Shown here: positions 22,961 to 34,950 of the stretch, one piece after another | How the letters are laid out: each line of letters opens with the position of its first letter | Numbering within the stretch: the stretch's first letter is position 1 | Assembly: GCA_002269645.1 (NCBI GenBank) | Contig: NIVC01000257.1 | Location: 310,001-374,000, forward strand | Source of the DNA: Macrostomum lignano | Lineage: Eukaryota | Direction of reading: 5' to 3' | DNA length: 64,000 bases | Notes under the pieces: model-generated | Databases searched by the model: none | What the model was told of the DNA's origin: nothing | Seen by the model: the letters and a program-made list of their open reading frames with translations, nothing else | Translations under genes and position numbers: made by a program

Positions 22961-24358
22961 AAAGTATATATTATTAGAATGGCAGCTAAAATTTTAGACC
23001 ACTAAGATCACGCGGGAGATAGCTACATAGGCTGATCCGATAGTACAGACAGACAGCCAGTCAACGATCCGATTCGAAGCGATTGAGGGAGCTACAAGAA
23101 GAAAGTTTATACTGTGACGTTGGCAGTTCTTTTATTATTCCAATTCGTCGATTAATAAATCTACTAAAATATTTAATATGTATTTTATTTATATTAATTG
23201 GTTTCATTTTTATGTTCATCGACAATATTAAACAATGATTTGTTTTACTGAATTAAAATAGTTATATTCAACATTTCGAATTCTGTGGCTTCGGAGAGGA
23301 CTGCGCGTGGAGTTCGGCTGCTGTTTCTATCGCCAGCAATTTAATTTCCTAATAAACAGTAGTTCAAAATCGCTCTCAATTAAGTAGTGTTTCCCACTAA
23401 AGGTCATCTTCGAAGCCATTCCATCGACACTACAGCTGTTCGTTACCAATGACCTGTTTAGCATCAGCTATTTACCACTACATGTACCGTTCGTGTCTGT
23501 AACCTACAAATATACATAATCCGTAATCGAATAATCGGCTCCGTCAGTTATCGGTCACCACTAACTGTGTGTTCAATCAGTACTTGATTAGCAGCCCGTC
23601 AGCACGCGAACTCGCGGACCAGATATTCGTCACAGTACATTCGATTGCGTGCGAATAACCCGCTAGGGCCGGGGGCGGAGGAGGGATAAATCGGCCTACT
23701 TGGTCTACCAGCGCTTCAGAAAACCACACTCTCTGTTGACACTATTATTCAGGCAATTTCTGGCACTAGGCCCGACTTCAGATGTGAGGCCTGCATGATG
23801 TACATGTACTACCATCAATGCTCTGGTGGGGGCGAAAAGACGCATGTATATAGTTCTATCCCATTGTCGCCGTGCAAAAATCTGACACTGGATTCAGAGG
23901 TGCAGTTGCCGATGGAGGCATGCAAGTTTCTGCTTTGCTTGATTTTAAATTACACTTTTCTGCTGCGAAATTTGAGCATTTAGCATTTAAAATAAAAAGA
24001 CCATGATAGAAAAAAAGGCGGTTTAAGACTCATCTTTAACTGGTTCCGTAAAAGCAATTTTTGTATTCGTCACCAAATGATTCTTACGTTCAAACATGCC
24101 TGCAGCTTTTGAAAATTAAAAAAGGCAAGAACGTGTGCCAGAGATTGAAAAAGGAAATTTGTTTCAAATTGCGTTGCGAAAACGAAAATATATAAGCTTT
24201 CAAATACTGACCGAAAGGGATGAAAAAGTTTTTAAGGAAAAAGAAAGTATGCATCCTCAAGCAGCTGTTTGCGAGCCCCAAAAAAGGCCAATTCCAATGC
24301 GGCTGTAAAAGGAGTATATGGTCTCTCTTTAAAAATAATTCCAGAATTAAAGATTCGC

Positions 24359-25729
24359 TTATTCCCCATCAGCGCCTTCCTTGTCCATCTCTTCGACCTC
24401 TTCCTCCTCGCCTTCGACACTGTCCACTCCGACTTCTTCGTAGTCCTTCTGCATGGAGCCCAGGTCCTCGCGCGCCTCAGCGAACTCGCCCTCCTCCATG
24501 CCTTCGCCGACGTACCAGTGCACGAAGGCCCGCTTGGAGTACATGAGGTCGAACTTGTACGCCAGCCGGTCCCAGGCCTCAGCGATGGCGGTGGTGTTGC
24601 TCAGCATGCAGACGGCTCGCGGCACCTTCGCCAGATCGCCTCCAGGCACCGTGGTGGGCGGCTGGTAGTTGATGCCGACCTTGAACCCGGTTGGGCACCA
24701 GTCCACAAATTGAATTTCACGCTTGCCTTTGATCTTCTGAATGGCGTCGCTGACTTCCTTGGAGTTGACGTCTCCGCGGTAGAGTAGACAGCAGGCCATG
24801 TACTTTCCATGCCGAGGGTCGCACTTCACCATTTGGTTCGATGTCTCGAAACAGGCGTTGGTGATCTCGCGGACCTTGAGCTGCTCGTGATTTGCTTTCT
24901 CGGTTGAAATGATGGGAGCGTACGTTGCTAGGGGGAAGTGGATCTTGGGATAGGGCACGAGGTTGGTCTGGAACTCCGTTATGTCCACGTTGAGGGAGCC
25001 TTCAAAGCGCAACGAAGCTGTAATAGAAGACATTATCTGACTAATCAGCCTATTCAGGTTAGTGTAAGTCGGCTTCTCAATGTCTAGATTTCTCCTGCAG
25101 ATGTCGTAGATGGCCTCGTTGTCCACAATGAAGGTGACATCGGCGTGTCGCAATGTGCCGTGGGTGCACAAGATGGCATTGAACGGCTCAACAACCGCGG
25201 TGCTGACCTGCGGCGCCGGGTAGATGGACGCCTGCACCTTGGCCTTTTTGCCGTACTCGGATGACAGCTTGTCCATCAGCAGGGAGGTGAAGCCGGCGCC
25301 AGTGCCGCCGCCGAACGAGTGGAACAGAAAGAAGCCCTGCAGGCTGCTGCAGTTCTCCACCGCTCTGGACACTACCTCTCGCACGGTGTTGATGACTTCC
25401 TTGCCAATGGTGTACTGGCCTCTGGCGTAGTTATTAGCCGCGTCCTCCTTGCCCGTGATGAGCTGCTCCGAGTGGAACAGCTGCCTGTAAGTTCCAGTGC
25501 GAACTTCGTCAATCACGGTGGGCTCCAGGTCTACGAACACAGCTCTCGGCACATAACGGCCAGAGTTTGTCTCGGAGTAGAACGTCTCTACTGAGCTGTC
25601 GCATTTCTCCCTGCCGGCTAGCATCATGCCGTCGGGCTGGATGCCGTGCTCCAGACAGTAGAGCTCCCAGCAGGCGTTGCCGATCTGCACTCCGGCCTGG
25701 CCGATGTGGATAGAGATGCACTCGCGCAT
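24359..25729 (-). CDS. TUBA: Alpha-tubulin, intronless and divergent, 456 aa
   Basis: [85 protein letters not shown] and an acidic tail. Confidence 0.97.
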   Translation of the reverse strand: MRECISIHIGQAGVQIGNACWELYCLEHGIQPDGMMLAGREKCDSSVETFYSETNSGRYVPRAVFVDLEPTVIDEVRTGTYRQLFHSEQLITGKEDAANNYARGQYTIGKEVINTVREVVSRAVENCSSLQGFFLFHSFGGGTGAGFTSLLMDKLSSEYGKKAKVQASIYPAPQVSTAVVEPFNAILCTHGTLRHADVTFIVDNEAIYDICRRNLDIEKPTYTNLNRLISQIMSSITASLRFEGSLNVDITEFQTNLVPYPKIHFPLATYAPIISTEKANHEQLKVREITNACFETSNQMVKCDPRHGKYMACCLLYRGDVNSKEVSDAIQKIKGKREIQFVDWCPTGFKVGINYQPPTTVPGGDLAKVPRAVCMLSNTTAIAEAWDRLAYKFDLMYSKRAFVHWYVGEGMEEGEFAEAREDLGSMQKDYEEVGVDSVEGEEEEVEEMDKEGADGE

Positions 25730-27626
25730 TTTCGGGCTTTTCTTCTTTAGCTGCTGCTGTGTAAGCTTTGAGGAAAGCTAGCAGGACTTGCCAGTGAACG
25801 ATGAGATGAAAGTAGGCACAAAGCCCGAGCTCTTTTGAGTTCTTGGATACAGGCTCGTAGATATGTCTATGGCCCACGTGCTCATAAATTTATTCAGCTT
25901 TTTATTTATTCAACCGATACTGACAAGTTTTCCCATAGACTTCTGCCAACTGCTAAAAGCCCTGGCAACTCGATTCATCGGGTGTGTACTCTATAATAGA
26001 GTCCAGCTAGTAAGTGCAGGGGTACTAATGTTAATAATAATTGACAAATTACAAAATATAATGAGAATCTATTTAACCATGATTCGTTAATTCGTTCATC
26101 TTTGAAAAGTTAAGTCAGGTATAACCACTAGAGTGACATATTAGAAATTCGAAATATGTCGCATCAGTCGCGTATACATGTACATGTATCATGTGTACGA
26201 GCGTGTAGACGTTCGATTGGACGTAAGCCATGTTGATCGAGCCATTGAAACTCGAAGGAATCCATCCAATAATAAGATCAGGGAGGTCAAGGAGGACGCG
26301 CTGTGGGATGTTCTCCGGTCGGCAAAGCTTCTTCGAATGGTTGTTTTGGCCCGAGGTGGTGAATCCGGTGCCTTGAATTGTATAGGCTGCTGTACGGGTA
26401 GATCTACATGTACTACTGCACTGCATCGCTTTTCGGCGGGAAAGGGATCGAGCTAGCTGGATACCAATACATGTAGCTTCAAGCTAGGGTTTCAAAGGAA
26501 ATTTCAAAGTCTTATTCGACATTGATCGTTGTCTTTTGATTCATCTTAGACGTTCTGAGCCATTCTGAGGTGCTTTTAAACAAAATTTGTTTGCATAAAT
26601 TCCTAACATATAGTCTTTTTCATATCATCAGCTCGACGGAAATGCGGGGATTTCAATACAATTCTTTTGTTATAAAAAACTTTGCAGCAATTATCAGCTA
26701 CACATATACTAGCCTCGACTGTGACGAGATAATTAATGCATGATGCGTTAGGGCACTGCATTGCATGTTTGCAGAATTCAAATTTACGTTTGACGTGAAT
26801 GATACATGTGATGTAGGCTATTGGTCTTGTTGCATCGCGAGAGTGCAATAGCAGCTTGCTTCTTGTTGAAGGATGTGTTGATGTGTCATATACAAGTAGC
26901 TATATATTTTTATATGAATGTAAAGTATGTATACGTATATAAATGCATATATAAATATGTATAATTTTTTTGGGGCACTGTATACGAATTTTTATGAAAT
27001 TCAAGAAGGAAGCCAGTGGAGTTGTTAATCGTGCATCCTATACTATTAAAATTGGACATTTAATGCTGTTTTATATCCTATTTTACGCTATTTACTACAT
27101 TCTGTTATAGTAGTTAGGTAAAAAACTCCAGATAAAGAGTTCAATTAAATTTAACATTTTCATAGAAACACAAAGTTTTTCGTAGCATGCGGCTCCTAAA
27201 TTCCAACACAATTCTGTTTTATCTTCTAAACCTGCAGCTTTAATGAACCATAAATTTACTCGTCAGTTTAGTGCTAGACATAGCTTGTAGACTGCGGAAA
27301 ATATGGTGAAGATTACTCAATCTAAGAGTTGCTATTTCTCTGTAGTCTGTGAATCTATGAGCCCAAGCACTTATTTAACTAAGTTATTACGCCTAGGCCT
27401 ATTACCTATACGGCTATATTATATAGTACATAGGGCATAGTATAATATGACTTTTTGGGTTTATCTTCAGTTCAAGTGTATCTGAGCACAACTATTATTG
27501 AGAATAATATAAGCCTAAATATTTGCAAGAATGTTATAAATATAGGTATATTGTGTAGCCTATGTTGGCTATGTATGCATATTAAAGTCAATGAAAATGT
27601 TTGAAAACAATCTTATAACTAGCAAT

Positions 27627-28329
27627 TAGGCCTAAGGCAATTCTGCTGAATCCAGTAACAGTCCACTTTGACTTCTGTAACAGCCACTTTGGTAACAGCC
27701 ACTTTGGTAACAAATGAGAATAATATAATATGCATTAATTGATATGCTCTCTCTGAAAGGATGTGCAAACAAACTTTAAAGAAAAAATGACATAACACAT
27801 GCGTACCTGCATGTGTTTAACTTGTTTTAAAGTTTTTTAACCAATCTATTTTAATTTCCGGATGAGTCAGATTTCATGCACCCAAGACATCCTAAAATTG
27901 ACCAAATTTTGTATACTGTATACATTGGAATCTCTGATCTAGTTAGAAAATAGTGACTTAAAATTACAGAATCTACTTTTTTCTTCATTAATTATTTAAT
28001 TTTTTCAATTTCAATGTATGTATGGGAGCTTGCTTTGCTTAATTTTCTTTGCCTTTAAATTTTTCATAAAGTTACTGTGCAAGTTTAAACAAAGTATAAT
28101 ACAGTTTAACTAGAAAGTTTAACAATATGTGCAATAAGATATTTGAGATGTTAATTATTAAACTAATTTTTGCTAAACCTAATTATCATAAAAATAAAGT
28201 GTTGACAGATGTAAATCTGCTTTGTTATCAAAGTGGCAGTTACCAAAGTGTTCATTTTTTGTTACCTAAGTGCCTGTTACCAAAATGGCTATTACCAAAG
28301 TGGATTGTATTCGCTGAATACTAGGCCTA
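27627..28329. mobile_element. MITE/foldback-like element (~700 bp) with imperfect terminal inverted repeats
   Basis: The left end taggccta...attctgctgaatcca...ccactttggtaacagccactttggtaac mirrors the right end gttaccaaagtg...gttaccaaaatggctattaccaaagtggattgtattcgctgaatactaggccta. The interior is AT-rich and non-coding. Confidence 0.6.
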
Positions 28330-29507
28330 GATGATTTGCTGAAAAACTTTCTGCCAAAAGTTGATTTACCAAAACCCTTTTACCAAAAGTCAATTCAATT
28401 AGTGATTTTGGCTAATATAATAGATAGAGTTTATTAAATATCCTACCTAAGTTCATTTTTTTAGATGGCATTTTTGAAAATTATTTTAATTGCATTATCA
28501 ATTATAGAATGCTTCTTTTTGCTAGTGCTAATTTTTTAATGTATGGGGAAATAATTTTAAATATACAACAACTATTATTTATACCTTATTGGTTTGCTCT
28601 TGCATTTGAGCCAATAATTATATATTTTAAAGATAATTTTCAATGAATTATGCAAATATACATGCATTGTGCAAGACATGGCTGGAAAGCAAGACATTCA
28701 TTTTAATATTTAACATTTAACATTTCAACATTATTTGTTTACTAATTAATTCATTTCTTTAATTTTATAATTGTTTATTTTATAATATAGGCCCTATAAA
28801 CAAATATCACAACTTTTTGCAACTATCTAGTGTGCAGAGCCTATTGGCTAACTTATTTCAACATGAAAATTTTCATGATCAATGCACTTTCATGAATCCA
28901 TGATAAAATTTTATATTAGCTGAATCATCTACAAATATCAAGATGAACTTCTGACAAGAAGCTGAGAGTCAAATTATATAATATTCTAACTGACTCACCT
29001 CCCACCATGTCAGTCAGCTTCATTCTGAAAAACATGAAGCTGATTCAGGATAAGGTTTGCTATCAGGCTAATGTGGCAACATGGAGGCTAATATGTAACC
29101 AGTGATTACTCAATGCAAATCAATCCACTCTTAAGTTTTATGCTATTTATAATATACTTATTATCCAATGCTTAGAATGGCTACCAGTGTAGCAAGTTCA
29201 AAACTTTAACTGAATTAGAAAGTCCCGTCAAATATCAAATATTCTAATGTTTTTTTCTAGGAGAGAGGGTCATGGCCCTATACTTTACTTTGGGGGAAGG
29301 CAAGTCAACACCTCGACTCTATTAATGTGTAGTCAATAGTTGACTAATTATGAATTTAGATTAAATTGTACAGCCAATCAATACTAATAACATAGTCTAA
29401 CTAGACAGTTAGTAACTACTGTAGACACTTATAAAACTTCAATTTTGAAATCTTAATCAAATTTATCATCAAACTATTTATTAAACTTTTCTGCTACTCT
29501 CAAATAA

Positions 29508-30811
29508 ATGGCCACATCTGGCAAGATCAAGCTAGTCACCTTTGTTACAGGCAATCCAAACAAACTGCGCGAGTTAAATAGCATCCTACTAACTGCTGGA
29601 TTGTCAGACAGAGTTGTTAATAAGGATATTGATTTGCCAGAGTTGCAAGGCTTGCCTGAGATGGTGAGACATAATCTGCTGTAAATGTAGAGCTGGAATT
29701 GGGTGGCAACCACATAAAACACTGCATAGTGCATAGCCACCAGAAAAATGTACTGTAAGGGGCGTAGCAACCAGATACAAACACTGTAGGGGGCATAGCA
29801 ACCAGATAAAGACACTGTAAGGTGCATAGCAGCCAGATAAAGACACTGTAAGGTGCATAGCAACCAGATAAAGACACTGTATTGGGCATAGCAACCAGAT
29901 AAAGACACTGTATTGGGCATAGCAACGAGATAGACACTGTAAGGTGCATAGCAACCAGATAAAGACACTGTATTGGGCATAGCAACCAGATAAAGACACT
30001 GTAAGGTGCATAGCAGCCAGATAAAGACACTGTAAGGTGCATAGCAACCAGATAAAGACACTGTAAGGTGCATAGCAACCAGATAGACATTGTATTGGGC
30101 ATAGCAACCAGATAGACACTGTATTGGGCATAGCAACCAGATAAAGACACTGTAAGGTGCATGGCAACCAGATAAAGACACTATTGGGCATAGCAACCAG
30201 GTAAAGACACTGTAAGGTGCATAGCAACCAGATAGACACTGTATTGGGCATAGCAACCAGATAGACACTGTATTGGGCATAGCAACCAGATAAACTCTGT
30301 ATAGCAACCAGATGGATTCTGTAGGGGGCGATCAGAATCCCATTAAACGAGCCCATGCCTAACCTCATTCCGTGTGCAGGTGGCCCGCGAAAAGTGCCGC
30401 CTAGCGGCCGAGCGAGTCGGCGGCCCTGTGCTGGTTGAGGACACCAGCCTCTGCTTCAACGCCCTGGGCGGCCTACCGGGGGTGTACATCAAGTGGTTCC
30501 TGGACGCTCTGGGCCCGGACGGCCTGCCCAAACTGTTGGCCGCATTCCCGGACAAGTCGGCCGAGGCTCGCTGCGTGTTCGCCTACAGTCGCGGGCCCGG
30601 CCAGGAGGTGAAGGTTTTCGCCGGAGTGTGTCCGGGCTCCATAGCGGACAAGCCGGCCGGCGATAATCGATTCGGCTGGGACCCGATATTCAAGCCGGAC
30701 GGATTTCACGAGACATTCGCCCAGATGGTGCCGGAAGTGAAGAACACAATTTCTCATCGGGCCAAGGCGTTGTCTTTGGTTCGCGATTTTCTAGTTGGCG
30801 AACTGGAGTGA
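29508..30811 (+). CDS. ITPA: Inosine triphosphate pyrophosphatase, 195 aa; exons 29508-29663 and 30380-30811
   Basis: [61 protein letters not shown] and KNTISHR. GTGAG donor and gtgcAG acceptor, phase 0. Confidence 0.95.
29705..30312. repeat. Minisatellite, 29-31 bp unit (aaggtgcatagcaaccagataaagacactgt), ITPA intron
   Basis: Direct inspection; source of ORFs 29474..30307, 29604..30368 and 29617..30162. Confidence 0.95.
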
Positions 30812-30847
30812 CTTGCGGCCTGCTGGTGATTCTATGGGAATCGGGCT

Positions 30848-31078
30848 GTTGCCATGGCAACCGGTTAATTTTTTCCTCTATGGTAGCGACTAGGATATTC
30901 GTTGCCATGGTAACTCTATATAGTATGTTTGTTACCATGGTGACTCTTTAGTATGTTTTTTGTTGCCATAGTAACTCAAAACTGTCTGTAACCAACTAAT
31001 CTACTCGTTGCCATGGCAACTATCGACTATTCTGGTTTCCATGTCTTAATATCTAATACACTCGTTGCTATAGTAAAC
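30848..31078. promoter_or_regulatory. Cluster of palindromic X-box (RFX-type) motifs
   Basis: GTTGCCATGGCAAC at 30848-30861 and 31007-31020; GTTGCCATGGTAAC at 30901-30914; GTTACCATGGTGAC at 30931-30944; GTTGCCATAGTAAC at 30962-30975; GTTGCTATAGTAAAC at 31064-31078. Confidence 0.45.
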
Positions 31079-31617
31079 AAAGAAAGTAAGCTAATTCAAG
31101 CCAATTTGAAGTGGCCTGCCTTATTAACTAAGAATCACAAAACGCTTACCAAGTTACTTATTTTTCTGTCAATACTGTTTGTTAGCATTGATATGGAGGC
31201 AAAGAAACACAGGTGTTCGATAGTGGTGCGATGTTAAATCCAGAAAAAGTGTGCAAGTTTATATATTGATACTTTTAACATACCGGTATTTGACTTTATC
31301 ATTGCCAATGTCATTATAAACAGCTTTTTATTCAAATTCATCCTAAAACAGGCAATGTTTACCTTTCGTACCTAATGCACTTTAACCGCATTTTAAGGTC
31401 ACTTTTGCACCTCTTGGCTCTTAAAATATTTAACTATTTTTTCTGCTATGTTTTTTTCGATCGGGTTAAAACAATAAATTCAAAGTTATATTTTTATAGC
31501 AAAGGCTAAAGGAATTGGATAAGCTTCTTGTGTTGCTTTTTGGGAATAACTTTGCCTATCTATAGAATGTTTGATATTTTTCACTTTTAATAGAATGGTA
31601 TCAAATCGCTCAACATG

Positions 31618-31950
31618 CTGACCTTAGATGGCCCTGGATAGTTTGACCTTAGATGACCCTGGATAGTTTGACCTTAGATGACCCTAAATAGTGTGATTTA
31701 AGATGACCCTGAATAGTATGACCGACCTTAGATGACCCTGAATAGAATGACCTTAGATGACCCTGAATAGAATGACCTTAGATGACCCTGAATAGAATTG
31801 ACCTTAGATGACCCTTAATAGAATGACCTTAGATGACCCTGAATAGAATGACCTTAGATGACCCTGAATAGAATTGACCTTAGATGACCCTGGATAGTGT
31901 GACCTTAAATGACCCTGGACAGTGTGACCTTCGATAACACTGAATAGTGT
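31618..31950. repeat. Minisatellite, ~23 bp unit (tgaccttagatgaccctgaatag); degenerate units continue to ~32240 beyond the SINE
   Basis: Direct inspection. Confidence 0.92.
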
Positions 31951-31975
31951 GGTTTTAGAAGGCCCTAAGGCCTAA

Positions 31976-32185
31976 GGGATTGTAGCCTAAGTGATTAGAG
32001 CGTCGGACTCACGACCCAGCTGTAAACTTAGTACCAGGATTAGCTGGGGTAATTGAGGGTGTGTGTGGTGACCCCCTCCCCAGTCCTTGGACTGAACAGC
32101 CGTACGCAGCCTTCAGATGCGCCACGCAATAGCTGCGGCTGATCTGTCGGTTGCACACCTGCCCATTAGGGCAGGTGTAATAAAA
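31976..32185 (+). mobile_element. tRNA/CORE-SINE copy with internal deletion (B-box and 5' CORE lost)
   Basis: Closely matches 53116-53353 over acccagctgtaaa...ttagctggggta...gggtgtgtgtgg.gacccc...cagtccttggactgaacagccgtacgcagccttcagatgcgcc. Confidence 0.8.
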
Positions 32186-32348
32186 TGACCCTAATAATGT
32201 AAACTTAGGTGACCCTAGTAGTGTGACCTTAGATGACCTGGATCGTGACTATTTCTACAATTTTTTTCCAAAGTTTATTTTTTCCACACCGGGTGACCCC
32301 AGTTGACCTGCCACTACTTTGACGCTCTCGTTCTTCCTCCCCCCGCAG

Positions 32349-34397
32349 TCTCCCAGCGTCCGGCCATCTGTCATAGCCGTCGGCGGCGCCAGCGGCTTCA
32401 TCGGGCGCTACCTGGTGCGCAGCCTCCGCTCCGCCGGCCACCGGGTAGTCACCGTCGACAGGAGTCGCGGCGCCGGCGACGCCCGCCAGCAGGACGCGCT
32501 GACTTGGCCGGAGGTCGAGCGCTGCGGCCTGCCTGACGGAGTCGAGCTGGTGTGCAATCTGTCCGGCCGGAGCATCCTGGACGCGGGGCCGGCGCTGCGG
32601 CTGTCGACGGTGGCCTACAGGCGCTACGTGAGCGAGCTGTTCGACAGTCGCATCGGCCGGATTCGGTGCCTGGCCGCCGCGGCCGCCGCTGTCAGACCGA
32701 AACCGCCCAGTCGCCTTGTCGGCGTGTCAGCTGTTGGCTACTACCCATCATCTGTGAGTAGAGAGTCCATCTTGAGATCACCATCTTGAGTTCCCTATCC
32801 TAAGAATACTTTTTAATTTTTAATTGAGATCCCATCAAGATCCCCATCAATTCAGATCCCCATCAATTCAGATCCCATCAATTCAGATCCCCATCAATTC
32901 AGATCCCCATCAATTCAGATCCCCATCAATTCAGATCCCCATCAATTCAGATCCCCATCAATTCAGATCCCCATCAATTCAGATCCCATCAAGATCCCCA
33001 TCAATTCAGATCCCCATCAATTCAGATCCCCATCAATTCAGATCCCCATCAATTCAGATCCCCATCAATTCAGATCCCCATCAATTCAGATCCCCATCAA
33101 TTCAGATCCCCATCAATTCAGATCCCCATCAATTCAGATCCTCATCAATTCAGATCCCATCAAGATCCCCATCAATTCAGATCCCCATCAATTCAGATCC
33201 CCATCAATTCAGATCCCCATCAATTCAGATCCCCATCAATTCAGATCCCCATCAATTCAGATCCCCATCAATTCAGATCCTCATCAATTCAGATCCCCAT
33301 CAATTCAGATCCCCATCAATTCAGATCCCATCAAGATCCCCATCAATTCAGATCCCTATCAATTCAGATCCCCATCAATTCAGATCCCCATCAATTCAGA
33401 TCCTCATCAATTCAGATCCCCATAAATTCAGATCCCCATCAAGATCCCCATCAATTCAGATCCCCATCAAGATCCCCATCAATTCAGATCCCCATCAATT
33501 CAGATCCCCATCAATTCAGATCCCCATCAATTCAGATCCCCATCAATTCAGATCCCCATCAATTCAGATCCCCATCAATTGAGATCCCTATCTTGAGATC
33601 CTAACTTTTACTATCTTCCATCAACTAATCTCGCCAATTATCGAATTCTATGTTATTTAAGTTGCAAAAACTTAATTAATTTCCCCAAAATTTACTATTT
33701 TTGGTCCCAATTTTCCATGTCATTATATTCCCATATCTAGGATCTAATCCCATACATTAAATCCCGATCAACCCGTCGCTCCGCCCAGATGCGCGCCGAC
33801 CCGCCGCCCGTGTTCGACGAGTCATACGCAGGGGCGCCGGACGCCAGCCTGGCCGGCCGGCTCTGCGCCAGCATCGAGGCCGCCGTGTTCGAGGGGGCCG
33901 CAAAATCAACAGAAGCAGCAGCTGCCGCTACCGGCGACACTCGCCGCATCGCCGTCCGCATGGGCGTCGCCCTCGGCCGCGACGGTGGCGCCCTGGCCAG
34001 TATGGCCTGGCCGTTCCGTCTGGGCATCGGCGGTCCGACCGGCAGCGGACGTCAGCCCGTCGCCTGGGTGCACATCAGCGACGCTGTTGGCGTCCTTGAG
34101 CACGCCCTGCTGGCCGACCTGCCGCCTCCGACGCCGTCATTCAATTCCGACGTGCTTAACGCCGTGGCGCCGGCCCTCAACACCAACGCTGAACTGGCCG
34201 CCGCTCTGGCTGCCAGTCTGCGACGTCCGGCTCTGCTGACGACGCCTGCCGCTGTCGTCCGGTTGATGTTCGGCGCAGAGCGGGCCGGCGTTCTCACTGA
34301 CGGTGCGTTCGTTTCGCCCCGGCGCACTCTGGAGACCGGCTATCAGTTTCGATTCGTTGACCTGCGCGAGGCTATGCGAGATTTGTTTGGCTCTTGA
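32349..34397 (+). CDS. SDR39U1: Epimerase-family protein SDR39U1 (TIGR01777-like); exons 32349-32753 and 33789-34397; initiator ATG not encoded in exon 1
   Basis: Rossmann motif VIAVGGASGFIGRYLV, then VCNLSG, ELFDSRI, GVSAVGYYP, RMGVALGRDGGAL, PFRLGIGGPTGSGRQPVAWVHISD, NAVAP and PRRTLETGYQFRF. GTGAGT donor at 32754 and cccAG acceptor at 33787-33788, phase 0. Confidence 0.9.
32826..33602. repeat. Minisatellite, 16-bp unit (atccccatcaattcag), SDR39U1 intron
   Basis: Direct inspection. Confidence 0.97.
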
Positions 34398-34950
34398 AGT
34401 CTGCATTTGATTTAGTGCAAACCAAACTTTTTATAGCATTAGTTCTTTTAAAGTACTCGTTTACTTAGAAAGAACATCCGTACTTGCATAGTACATCCGT
34501 ACTTACAAACTCCATACGTAATTTAAAAGTTCATGCGTAGTTACAAAGTGCGTGCGTGCTAACAAAGTACATGCGTACTTGCAAAGTACATGCGTACTTA
34601 CTAAGTACTCGATTTACTCATAAATTTGTTGCGTGCTCCTAAAGTACTTCTTAATGTTAACAACAACAACAACCTTGGATCTTAATGTTAAACATGTTTC
34701 ATAGTTACTCCAGCTCACTGTGAATACTTGAATTCAGCTATTGCTTGATGAAGGTTAGTTATAAGTCATTCAGACATATAAATATACCAAAATATAACAG
34801 ATTTATTCGATATTTTCTTCCATGAAAATAGCCAATTGGTGTATGTCTCCATTCATTAAAATACGAGTATTTCATCATTCGCTTACTATAAGTAGCTAAT
34901 ACAGTAAGTAGCTCGTATATTTTATTGATTTTTCAGATTTCTCCATTAAA

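Noticed and set aside
26115-26456. Moderately GC-rich ORFs 26115..26426 and 26178..26456
   Set aside because: No recognisable domain and no convincing splice partners.
29508-30811. Marked GC contrast between ITPA exon 1 (AT-rich) and exon 2 (GC-rich) as a sign of a chimeric gene
   Set aside because: The protein is collinear with ITPA and of normal length. Exon-level GC heterogeneity occurs in other genes in this window.
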